DNA of 64,000 nt, from the IMG/VR virus record IMGVR_UViG_3300025759_000076, positions 1 through 64,000 of that record; one strand, written 5' to 3'. Source of the stretch: a virus. Made by a program: the position numbers and the translations under genes. Below the pieces are notes generated by a model that was not told the DNA's origin, made no database searches, and worked only from the letters and a program-made list of their open reading frames with translations. Positions 7,634 through 16,454 of the stretch are shown here, piece after piece (the first letter of the stretch is position 1; each line of letters opens with the position of its first letter).

Positions 7634-8583
7634 ATGAAAGTACATTCTACCATTATCTCTGTGAGACAAGCCAACATATTTATCTCTTGGTCCGCGACGA
7701 ATCCACTTTGAAACTGATACTTAGCAATAATGAGGACAGCAGCAGCAATCCCAGAACCTTCCAAGTGTGTGTATATAGCATCGTAAATACTACGAATAAG
7801 CACACTAGGATCATTGTCCAGATTATCAACGACCCATTTTCTGACTTTAGAGAAGTCTTTAGTTTTGAGACTTTGGAATAAATCGTCGGTTTTGACGTTA
7901 CTAAATGCTGCAAGAATACCTGTATCAATCTTACCACTTACGGAGTATCGTTGAAGTTCATTAAGAACTCGTCTCCAATCAGGGAAGTGTTTCTGAATGA
8001 GTTCTACAAGTACTTTCGGATCGTATTCCACACTCTCTGTCTCAAGTATAGCCCTGAGACGGTTGAAAAACTTGGCTGCAAGTTCCTGTCGTTCTTTTCC
8101 CTTAATGGTAAAGTCGATGACTGCACATCGAGAGTGGAGGGGAGCAATGATCTTATTTTTGTAGTTACATGTGAAGATGAATCTACAATTTCCAATGAAC
8201 TCCTCAGTAAACGCCCGTAGGCAGAGTTGTACATCTGGGGTTGTGTTGTCAGCTTCGTCAATGATAATGACTTTGTGTTTAGAACTTGACGAAAGTGAGA
8301 CGGTCGAAGCGAAATTCTTCGCATTGTTTCTGACAGTATCAAGGAATCGTCCTTCATCAGATCCATTGATGACATAATAATCTACTCCTAATTCATAACA
8401 AAGGGCTTTGGCCACTGTGGTTTTACCACATCCAGGTGGACCAGACAAAAGTAGATTGGGGACTTCACCTTTCTCTACAAATTGTTTGAATGTATTCTTG
8501 ATCCCATCAGAAAGAATACAATCTTCGATAGTCTCTGGTCTGTACGATTCTGTCCATACGAAATCTTTTCTGTCACTCATCAA
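7630..8583 (-). CDS. gp44: Clamp loader large subunit (AAA+)
   Basis: YRP, GPPGCGKTT, IIDEAD, LHSRC. Confidence 0.97.
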   Translation of the reverse strand: MMSDRKDFVWTESYRPETIEDCILSDGIKNTFKQFVEKGEVPNLLLSGPPGCGKTTVAKALCYELGVDYYVINGSDEGRFLDTVRNNAKNFASTVSLSSSSKHKVIIIDEADNTTPDVQLCLRAFTEEFIGNCRFIFTCNYKNKIIAPLHSRCAVIDFTIKGKERQELAAKFFNRLRAILETESVEYDPKVLVELIQKHFPDWRRVLNELQRYSVSGKIDTGILAAFSNVKTDDLFQSLKTKDFSKVRKWVVDNLDNDPSVLIRSIYDAIYTHLEGSGIAAAVLIIAKYQFQSGFVADQEINMLACLTEIMVECTFI

Positions 8584-8716
8584 CTTTCCTCATAATAAAA
8601 GAATCACCATTATCAATAAATTCTAACATATCTCCTTCTTTCCATCCAGTTTCCTGGAGGATTTCTTCAGTGAATGTTAGAAAACCATCGTCATCTACAG
8701 TCAGTGTGGTTATCAT
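8573..8716 (-). CDS. 47-aa AbrB/MazE-like DNA-binding protein (not in ORF track)
   Basis: MITTLTVDDDGFLTFTEEILQETGWKEGDMLEFIDNGDSFIMRKVDE; overlaps both neighbours. Confidence 0.7.
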   Translation of the reverse strand: MITTLTVDDDGFLTFTEEILQETGWKEGDMLEFIDNGDSFIMRKVDE

Positions 8717-9240
8717 ATCCAATCAGGTTTGCGCTGTGGAAGTCTCAGATAATTATCTTTGACCCATGGTTTAGATGCAATATACATCTTGTAAGCATCA
8801 AATGTCGAGATACTATCATCAAACTTAAGCTCCTCAGGCATTGCACGAACAAAAGGAGTTGTTTCTTTACCAGACCTACCGGTAGGATCTCCTGTTGGTA
8901 GGATTTCCTTTGCAGCATTCAAGGTAGTGAAGCATGTGTGTAATTTACCATACCTGGCGGCATACTCACTACAAAGAGCAAACCCATGTGCAAGTAACCA
9001 CTGCCAGTTCATCACGTACTCATTAGCCCAGATGGTACAGGGGTGGTTACGGAAGGCACCCTTCTCTGTGTTGTATGGGGTCCCATCGGCCTTGGGTAAG
9101 GTACCGAACCCATGACCCCACTTGTCTGAACAGACGATAGCGAGCATCTGACATGTCTCTAGGGGCATCTTCACACAATGTTTGTCAGGTAGAACCCTGG
9201 CGCTCTGCCATGGATCCGAAGAAGTCGCGAAGATATTCAT
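8713..9240 (-). CDS. Pyrimidine-dimer DNA glycosylase-like family protein
   Basis: MNIF...A..LPDKHCVKMPLETCQML, NHPCTIWA, EY..RYGK.H, F.RAMP. Confidence 0.7.
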   Translation of the reverse strand: MNIFATSSDPWQSARVLPDKHCVKMPLETCQMLAIVCSDKWGHGFGTLPKADGTPYNTEKGAFRNHPCTIWANEYVMNWQWLLAHGFALCSEYAARYGKLHTCFTTLNAAKEILPTGDPTGRSGKETTPFVRAMPEELKFDDSISTFDAYKMYIASKPWVKDNYLRLPQRKPDWI

Positions 9241-9700
9241 TACTAAAAAATTGCATCAAGTATTGCACACCCCAGTTTAGTGTGCCTTCAGGAAAAACGT
9301 CAACCTCTTTTTCCAAGAGTTTCAATGCTGTTACAATCCTTTCCATTCCACATACTTGTGCAGTGGCTTCAGAAATTCTCATAAACTCAGCATAGTCCTT
9401 ATCACTACCTTTCTTCACACCATTGATATAGAACTCTCTTGCTTGACGCATGAGTTCTTCAGTTTCTGGTAGAAAGGTAATAGTCTCTTCTCTGAGAGGT
9501 ATTGCCATGTTCTTAATACATGACATACTAAATTTCATTACCTCTCGGGTTTGTTCGATCGGTAATGCATGGTCTAAGCCATCACGGAATGCATATTGGA
9601 TAACACCATTAGTACATTCCATGACACGAAGAACTGCAATCTTATCTAACTCAGAGTCAGGAAGATTGCCATATTGTTCTGTCCAGTCAGTCATAATCAA
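9185..9700 (-). CDS. Hypothetical protein
   Basis: 171-aa ORF coupled to the gp45 stop. Confidence 0.7.
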   Translation of the reverse strand: MIMTDWTEQYGNLPDSELDKIAVLRVMECTNGVIQYAFRDGLDHALPIEQTREVMKFSMSCIKNMAIPLREETITFLPETEELMRQAREFYINGVKKGSDKDYAEFMRISEATAQVCGMERIVTALKLLEKEVDVFPEGTLNWGVQYLMQFFSNEYLRDFFGSMAERQGST

Positions 9701-10362
9701 CCAAATGTGCTGTCCGGCTCCATGGCAATGAAATACGTCACGTCAATGTTCTGATTACTAAACCGAGACAACAGTTTAGAAGATACAACTACATTATAGT
9801 TACCAGGAATAATCTTCAGGTTCTCTTCTTTGAAGTTGAATACAAAGTCAGTATCAGTCTCACCAACAATGATGGAGAAGTCATTAGAAGTGTCGTTCTT
9901 CTTATCACGAGAGACAAGTTTGATGACACCATTCTCACCAATGGCAGATACGTCAGGAAGTTGATAAACTGATGCAGCCTTCTTGAGTTTCTCAAGTTGT
10001 TGACTGGTCAGTTCAAAACATACATCCTCAGAAGGAAGTGTAATCTCTTTCTCAGGTGGAGCAACAATTACAGATGGGTCTGCAAAGAAATACTTCGAAC
10101 GTGACTTACCTTCTTTGATGACAACATACTGGTCCCGTTCAAAATCAAGGTCTGGAGAAGAGTGAAGAGACAGACCATTCAAGAATTGGTTCAGGTCATA
10201 GATACCAAAGTCTTTAGGGAATTCTTCAGCAACATTAGCTTCAACCAGGATGTTCTTCATGACCGAAATACTTCGGAGCTTCTGACCCTTCTTGATCAAG
10301 ATAGACTGGTTGATAGAAGAGAAGTTCTTCAGAAGTGATACAGTGCTTTCAGATAGTTTCAT
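9697..10362 (-). CDS. gp45: Sliding clamp
   Basis: MKLSESTVSLLKNFSSINQSI, FGIYDLNQFL, YFIAMEPDS. Confidence 0.97.
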   Translation of the reverse strand: MKLSESTVSLLKNFSSINQSILIKKGQKLRSISVMKNILVEANVAEEFPKDFGIYDLNQFLNGLSLHSSPDLDFERDQYVVIKEGKSRSKYFFADPSVIVAPPEKEITLPSEDVCFELTSQQLEKLKKAASVYQLPDVSAIGENGVIKLVSRDKKNDTSNDFSIIVGETDTDFVFNFKEENLKIIPGNYNVVVSSKLLSRFSNQNIDVTYFIAMEPDSTFG

Positions 10363-10364
10363 AA

Positions 10365-10802
10365 TTAAAATGTTTCGTAGTTACTAGTAGTTTGAGAGTT
10401 TTTGTTGTGAAAGAACATTAGAAGAACAGCATAATGAATAATCTTCATAATGTCACGTTTTGGGGTCCCCTTCTTATCATAACGGGAAGTATACTTGAGA
10501 ATGTTATCTCTAGAAAATGCCTCCCCGTCACCATGAGAAGCCTCAATGAAATCCAGTGTTTGAATGTTCTGGTCATTGACAGCATAGTGTTGACTATAGG
10601 TCCCTCTAATATACTGAAGAAGTTCTCTTACAATCTCTTCTTCATTATACTTCCATGGTCTACTACTAACACTAAGGTTTGGTTCAACTTTTTTGGATTC
10701 GGTCAATTCAATTTTGTCCTCATTAGAAACAAGAGGGGTCCATTCGTACCCCTCCTCTGGTAAAGAATTCATGTGATCATATAATAAACTCCATGCGGTC
10801 AT
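10365..10802 (-). CDS. DUF3310-like protein (start probably 10802)
   Basis: TYSQHY...IQTLDFIE...F.R.NILKY.SRYDKKG. Confidence 0.7.
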   Translation of the reverse strand: MTAWSLLYDHMNSLPEEGYEWTPLVSNEDKIELTESKKVEPNLSVSSRPWKYNEEEIVRELLQYIRGTYSQHYAVNDQNIQTLDFIEASHGDGEAFSRDNILKYTSRYDKKGTPKRDIMKIIHYAVLLMFFHNKNSQTTSNYETF

Positions 10803-10806
10803 TCTA

Positions 10807-11886
10807 TCAATTATCCTCCTTGTTGTCAACTTTCATCTCAAAATCTACATCAACTTTATCGTAAAGTTCTAAAAAAGAAGACTTGGTTTCTTCATCAAAA
10901 CGATTTATACAGACTTGAATTGCTTTACTCTTGTCACCAAAGATACTATAAGCACGGACGATATGAATCAAACGACGGGTCGAGATAACATCTTCAATAC
11001 CACCATCATAGAATGTCTTACGAATGATGTCAGCCCAGTCACAGAGATGCTTACAGAACTGTCGGTCTTCAATACTAAGGTCTAAAGCAATCCCTTCTAG
11101 AATTCTCTGTTCAGTCTTGGCCGTTGGATATTCTTGCTCAAGAGTAATACAGAAACGTTCTAGGAATGCCTCATTGAGAACGTTAGTTCCAATAAACCGA
11201 CCGTCATCGCTGCCTTTACCTTTAGTATTTGCAGTTGCAATAACATTGAATCCCTCCTTGGGCTGTACAAACTTACCGGTCTTCTTCAAGAAAACACCTG
11301 TACCTTCAAGAATAGATTGAAGACATAGGATTTTATTAGATGCCAGGTCAACTTCGTCTAGAAGCAACACTGCTCCACGTTCCAGAGCCTCGATGACTGG
11401 ACCGTTATGCCAAACAGTTTCGCCATTAACAAGACGAAAGCCACCAATAAGATCGTCTTCGTCAGTCTCGATAGTAATGTTGACACGGATTAGTTCTCTC
11501 TTGAGTTGAGCACAAGCCTGTTCAACCAAAAACGTTTTACCATTACCAGAAAGACCCGTGATGAATGATGGATAGAACAGACGGGACTGAATAATCTTTT
11601 TGATGTCTGTAAAATTACCAAACTTGACGAAGGTATTATCTTTTACAGGAATGAGATCTTGTTCGACTGCAGGAGTTGCAGGAGTTGCTTGATAGGTTTG
11701 TTCTAGTTGTTCTTGAACGGTAAGATTCCACTTACCCCGACCAGTCTTATATTCGTCTAGTTTTTTAGTTACAGTCTGATAATTACAGTCATTCATTGAA
11801 CACCAGGCACGAAGGTCACCAGAAGTAACATTTTCACCGTACAGTGCTTGAAGAGAAGTGACTACGTATTCTTTTGATAGTGTCAT
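10807..11886 (-). CDS. cobS: CobS/MoxR-like AAA+ ATPase
   Basis: GLSGNGKT, LLLDEVD, TANTKGKG, LNEAFLERF. Confidence 0.9.
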   Translation of the reverse strand: MTLSKEYVVTSLQALYGENVTSGDLRAWCSMNDCNYQTVTKKLDEYKTGRGKWNLTVQEQLEQTYQATPATPAVEQDLIPVKDNTFVKFGNFTDIKKIIQSRLFYPSFITGLSGNGKTFLVEQACAQLKRELIRVNITIETDEDDLIGGFRLVNGETVWHNGPVIEALERGAVLLLDEVDLASNKILCLQSILEGTGVFLKKTGKFVQPKEGFNVIATANTKGKGSDDGRFIGTNVLNEAFLERFCITLEQEYPTAKTEQRILEGIALDLSIEDRQFCKHLCDWADIIRKTFYDGGIEDVISTRRLIHIVRAYSIFGDKSKAIQVCINRFDEETKSSFLELYDKVDVDFEMKVDNKEDN

Positions 11887-11913
11887 GATGTATGTGGTGT
11901 GGTCAACAAAGCT

Positions 11914-11968
11914 AATATAGTCCAAAACCACCCGTAGTGGTGGGTGGTTGGGACAGTTGTCAAACTGG
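11914..11968 (-). promoter_or_regulatory. Promoter with CCAGTT-N4-AACTGT motif, hairpin and -10 (TATATT)
   Basis: Same AACTGT to -10 spacing as at 4046-4090 and 14120-14178. Confidence 0.65.
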
Positions 11969-14095
11969 TCAGGAGATCAGGTTGACGAATTGACTAAGTA
12001 CTTTTCTATTTAGAGACTTAGCCTTAAGATTTTTGGCAAATGCCGATTTGATTTTTGATTTAGATGCTCCCTCATCAACTTCAAATTCAATGTCATTATT
12101 CAGACCAGTATCTAACATACCAAAGTAAGAAGTATAACCTGAGTTCTTAATCTCATAGAACTTTTCTTTGCGAACAACTTTCATAAGTTCATCGTTCACT
12201 TCCATGTACCGATGTAAGAAAGGTTTGAATTCATAATTAGAAGCAATACGAATACCGATAAGATTTACATCAGGAAAACTTTCTTTCAAGTCTTTCAATA
12301 GAAGTTCTGTGAATTCATAGTATTGACTAGGAACTTTATAAGTGTGTCCAGTCTTACGATTACGAATATAATCAATAGGACTCATTCGAGCAATAGACAT
12401 CTTACCACCCATGTAATCACAAGTTCTGAATACTGGTAAGTGATTGGCTTCACCGTCAGTCAGAATAACTGTATTGACTTTTTGAACTTTATTCTTCATT
12501 TGAAATTGAGGAATAATCTGATGAAGACAAACAATTGCTTCATTCAATGGAGTACCAGAAAGAGAGAAGTTCAATGGAGGTTCATAGTTTACATTCATTG
12601 AACAGGAATATGCGATTCGATACAAAGACAACATCTGCTTATCAAGTTCTGCCTTTCTTGTGTCACTAGTAAAGAAGTGAAGAAGATTGAAGTCAGGAGA
12701 AACTACCAACATGTTATCTTTCACATCTTGATATTCGATATCTTCAAATTTAACACTTTGAGTGTACCGCTTTTCTGTATGTCGGTTTTCGATGTAGTTG
12801 TTACTGAATGCATATACATCGAATGGAATATTTACTTTCTTACAGAACCAAATCAAATTGAAGAGTTGCTTTATGGTAGAAAGAAGAGTAGTAGCCATAG
12901 AACCTGACCAGTCAAGAATAAAGATAAGACCATGATTCTTACCGTCAGGTAGTACATTTACCTTCTTGAATAGGTCTTCATTGTATTTGTAGGTATGAAG
13001 TTTAGTACAATCTAATACACCAGTCTTTGCAGTCAGAGACCGTGTGTATGCATCTGCAGACTTCTTACATTCAAACTCCTTTACAAGATAGTTGACTTCT
13101 TTTTGAGTAGATGATTTGAACTTAATATACTCACTGTCAACATAGGTAAAATCTGTTGCTTGGATTTTACGGTATGTTCTTGAGTACTCGTCCCAATAAG
13201 TTTCTTCAGTAGACAGTTTTGTCCAGTGTTCACTTATCTCTTTGTGACATTCAGTATTTGAAATGATAAGTTGTTCTACATCAACTTCAGGAACCTCATG
13301 GTATTCAGGATTTCTACCCTGTTCAGTTATACCATTGAGTTCTTGAGTACCTTCATTGAAAGTTTGGTCTGTCTGAACTTGAGGTTCTTCCTTAACAGTA
13401 TCATCACTGGAACCTTCGGTAGAACCTTCTGTAGAACCTGAAACTTCTGGTGTTTCAGTACCAGAGGTTTCTTCTTTCTCCGGTTCACTATCAACAGAAC
13501 CTTCTCTGTTTTGAGTGGTAGGTACATTTTTAACTGTCTGTTGTTCTTCTACCTCACCAATACAATACTTATAAAGAACTTCTGCTGCAAGAACTGCTTC
13601 GTCAAAAGTTTCTGTCTTACCTACAATGTCTAGAATATCTTTCTCTTCACCATCATCAATAGGTACATTGATGAAGTTACCAATCTTATAGTAAAGGTTG
13701 ATACGATCAGCAAGATTCATATCTCCAAGATCTTTATCCCCAAGTTCAAAGAAGTCTTGGTCAGATAGTTCTTTATAACCTTTATAGAAACTCTTTGCTA
13801 GACCAGGATACCGACGTTTCATCAGTTTCTCAATACGAGCATCTTCGGTCACGTTTACAAACTGTTGAGGAACTCTATCTTCCCAATCCCATTCATTAGC
13901 TGTATAAAGTGCGTGCCCAACTTCGTGACCCACCAACATATCATAGACACTCTCACTTGCCCTTTTCCACATAGGAAGAGTCAGTACCCTATTCTCTACA
14001 TCAAACTGTGCAGTTTTAATATTACGATTCTCAACTAAAATATCTTCAGTGGCAAGAAGTTTTGCAAGTTGTGATTTGATTTCATAGTTGACCAT
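11969..14095 (-). CDS. CobT-like protein: N-terminal HExxH metallopeptidase-like domain plus C-terminal VWA domain
   Basis: GHEVGHALYT, NVTEDARIE; LDWSGSM, SGTPL, LTDGE MIDAS motifs. Confidence 0.85.
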   Translation of the reverse strand: MVNYEIKSQLAKLLATEDILVENRNIKTAQFDVENRVLTLPMWKRASESVYDMLVGHEVGHALYTANEWDWEDRVPQQFVNVTEDARIEKLMKRRYPGLAKSFYKGYKELSDQDFFELGDKDLGDMNLADRINLYYKIGNFINVPIDDGEEKDILDIVGKTETFDEAVLAAEVLYKYCIGEVEEQQTVKNVPTTQNREGSVDSEPEKEETSGTETPEVSGSTEGSTEGSSDDTVKEEPQVQTDQTFNEGTQELNGITEQGRNPEYHEVPEVDVEQLIISNTECHKEISEHWTKLSTEETYWDEYSRTYRKIQATDFTYVDSEYIKFKSSTQKEVNYLVKEFECKKSADAYTRSLTAKTGVLDCTKLHTYKYNEDLFKKVNVLPDGKNHGLIFILDWSGSMATTLLSTIKQLFNLIWFCKKVNIPFDVYAFSNNYIENRHTEKRYTQSVKFEDIEYQDVKDNMLVVSPDFNLLHFFTSDTRKAELDKQMLSLYRIAYSCSMNVNYEPPLNFSLSGTPLNEAIVCLHQIIPQFQMKNKVQKVNTVILTDGEANHLPVFRTCDYMGGKMSIARMSPIDYIRNRKTGHTYKVPSQYYEFTELLLKDLKESFPDVNLIGIRIASNYEFKPFLHRYMEVNDELMKVVRKEKFYEIKNSGYTSYFGMLDTGLNNDIEFEVDEGASKSKIKSAFAKNLKAKSLNRKVLSQFVNLIS

Positions 14096-14119
14096 AGTCA
14101 TTTCGTTTCCGATAGACAT

Positions 14120-14178
14120 AGTATATAACAAAACCCGACCAAAAAATGGACGGGGTGTACAGTTCTATTATTGGCACA
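14120..14178 (-). promoter_or_regulatory. Promoter with GTGCCAAT-N6-AACTGTAC motif and -10 (TATACT)
   Basis: Same architecture as 11914-11968. Confidence 0.65.
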
Positions 14179-14240
14179 TACATCAATCCCCTCCACTTAT
14201 TAGGTGAAGGGGACTTTGGTTTTAAACTCATTGATCGTTT

Positions 14241-14408
14241 TTATTCGGTAAGAATGTGACGACAGAACCTCCTTGCGGTACTATCGATAATTTCACAATC
14301 GGAAATACATTGAAAGTAATCTGTGACTTGATCTCGTGTCTCCTCGTTAGTTGATTTTTCGTCCCATTTCCAAGATGCTAGTTCGTTCCGTGATAAAAGA
14401 TCTTTCAT
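14241..14408 (-). CDS. 55-aa cysteine-containing small protein (not in ORF track)
   Basis: MKDLLSRNELASWKWDEKSTNEETRDQVTDYFQCISDCEIIDSTARRFCRHILTE; GGAG RBS; downstream hairpin at about 14187-14213. Confidence 0.75.
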   Translation of the reverse strand: MKDLLSRNELASWKWDEKSTNEETRDQVTDYFQCISDCEIIDSTARRFCRHILTE

Positions 14409-14446
14409 GGTATTCTCCGTATCAATATATTATATAGTATACTTTG

Positions 14447-14462
14447 TGTTAGTTTACTAACA
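14447..14462. promoter_or_regulatory. Palindromic operator-like site
   Basis: TGTTAGT-TT-ACTAACA, 7-bp arms, upstream of the 55-aa gene. Confidence 0.5.
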
Positions 14463-14482
14463 TTTGTATAGTCTTAATATAA

Positions 14483-16192
14483 CTATTCCTTTCTTGAAAA
14501 TCCTTTATGTTTAGAAAATCGAATGACTTGATCAAACTTATCCTCCAATCCCTCCTTATGAGATATTACGAAGACGTTGACATCTTTTAGATTATATCTA
14601 ATGATTTTCATAAAGTCATCTGATCCACTTCCATCCAGACTACTATCACAAACCTCGTCGAGTAATAGTAAATTACAATTGACAGAGTTTTTAACTCTAG
14701 AGATTTCTCTCCAGGTAAAGAGGAGGGATAAATCAATTCTGAGTTTTTCTCCTTCTGAGAAACTACTATAAGTAAAATCCTCATGTATTGGAGATTTTAT
14801 ACTCTCATTGAATTCACTATCCAATGAAAAATTAATGTAGAAGTCCATCATCTGAAGGTAGTTATTTACCTGTTGATTGATGAGAGGAAGATACTTCTTA
14901 ATAATCTTTGCCTTGACTCCACCGTCTTTAAGAAGACTATATACGAAATCATGGTAGGAAATATTCTCTTTCCGTTTAGTAAGTTCATCATATGTTTGAT
15001 CAAGGGTACTTCTTAATGTTTCTAACTTTTCATGCTCAGTATTTCTGTTCTGGATCTGACTGGTAACAGTTTGAATTTCTGATTCCAGTCCCCTAACCTG
15101 TTTCTGTAAGCTAGAGATCTGTACATTGAAAGAAGAAATTTCATTAAGTACTTTTGTAGTGTCCTTGGTGAGTTGATTAAATTGTGATTCTCTCAACTCT
15201 TCGTCTTTAATTGCACCTTGGAGTTGTTCATACCCCTCACGCAACTCTTCTGCTTTATTTTGAGAATCAATAATTCTATTTACACGGAATGATTCTTCAA
15301 TTTCCTGGTCACAGGTGGGACAAACCGTATTTTCACTGAAGAATTTATGTTCCTTTACAATAGTCTGTATTCGTTGTGACAATTTACCTTTGACATTACC
15401 AAACTCACGAAGTCTTTGTTGAACTCCTTCAAAGTTTTCTAAAGATTTATTGAGTTCTGCAAGTCTATCTTCTTCAGTCAAACTTTTCTTGAACAAAGTT
15501 TCGATTTCAGTATTGATAGAATTAATACTATTAGTCTTTACGGTAATGTCGTCTTTACTTTGACTCTCAAGTTTATCGATAAAGTCTTTTTGCATATCGA
15601 CTTTATCTTGAATCGACTCTTTCTTCAACTGTAGAGTCTTCGTCTCTTCACGAATAACACGAATCTTGGATTTGATTAAGTCATTCATCGATGAGAAGAT
15701 TTTAATGTCGAGAAGATCTTCCACAACTTCTCTACGACTAGATGCAGACAGTTGCATAAAGGGTACAAAGGTAGAAGAACCCAAGATCACGATCTGTGTG
15801 AAACTTTTATAGTTCATCTTGAGAACATTCTGTTCTAACCACTTCTGTTGGTCTATAGCAGAGTGTGATTGGTCTAACTCCTCACCATTGCGAGTAATCT
15901 TAAAAATGTTTGGTTTGATACCTCTTTGAATTTTCCACTCTACACTATTAACATCAAACTCAATTTTTACGAGTGCACCTTTATCATTTGTAGAGTTGAT
16001 AAGTTGATTTTTATTGATTTTTCTAAAACTTTTTCCATACAAAACAAAGGTAAGTGCATCCAAGATGGTTGACTTACCTGCCCCATTAGCACCGATGATA
16101 AGTGTGGTTGCAGTCTCATCAAGAATAACTTCTGTTGGTTGATTACCGGTACTTAAAAAGTTGGCCCAGGAGATTTTCTTAAAGGTTATCAT
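14483..16192 (-). CDS. gp46: Recombination ATPase (Rad50/SbcC-like)
   Basis: GANGAGKS, CPTC hook, FSEGE signature, LLLLDE. Confidence 0.97.
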   Translation of the reverse strand: MITFKKISWANFLSTGNQPTEVILDETATTLIIGANGAGKSTILDALTFVLYGKSFRKINKNQLINSTNDKGALVKIEFDVNSVEWKIQRGIKPNIFKITRNGEELDQSHSAIDQQKWLEQNVLKMNYKSFTQIVILGSSTFVPFMQLSASSRREVVEDLLDIKIFSSMNDLIKSKIRVIREETKTLQLKKESIQDKVDMQKDFIDKLESQSKDDITVKTNSINSINTEIETLFKKSLTEEDRLAELNKSLENFEGVQQRLREFGNVKGKLSQRIQTIVKEHKFFSENTVCPTCDQEIEESFRVNRIIDSQNKAEELREGYEQLQGAIKDEELRESQFNQLTKDTTKVLNEISSFNVQISSLQKQVRGLESEIQTVTSQIQNRNTEHEKLETLRSTLDQTYDELTKRKENISYHDFVYSLLKDGGVKAKIIKKYLPLINQQVNNYLQMMDFYINFSLDSEFNESIKSPIHEDFTYSSFSEGEKLRIDLSLLFTWREISRVKNSVNCNLLLLDEVCDSSLDGSGSDDFMKIIRYNLKDVNVFVISHKEGLEDKFDQVIRFSKHKGFSRKE

Positions 16193-16454
16193 ATTCTTCG
16201 TCAGGTGGAATTACAATGTCATTGGAGGTAATCACAGTATAACGGTGATCGTGCATTTCACAAGTTTTTATCATTACTTCATCATCTACTTCTAACACAG
16301 TCATTTTAGGATAACCAAGTTCTTCTAATTGCATAGAATATCTTGTTGCATCATCCTCCTGAATAAAGATATAAAGAACCTGTTCCCCATCTTCATCAAT
16401 AACAGAATATGCTCCTTCTTTTTCCTTACCTACGACTGTGATAATGTACATCAA
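16179..16454 (-). CDS. Hypothetical protein
   Basis: 91-aa ORF overlapping gp47 and gp46. Confidence 0.75.
   Translation of the reverse strand: MMYIITVVGKEKEGAYSVIDEDGEQVLYIFIQEDDATRYSMQLEELGYPKMTVLEVDDEVMIKTCEMHDHRYTVITSNDIVIPPDEEYDNL

Noticed and set aside
14483-14830. gp46 C-terminus appears divergent, possibly a homing co-conversion tract
   Set aside because: Impression only; it needs an alignment, and no endonuclease gene is adjacent
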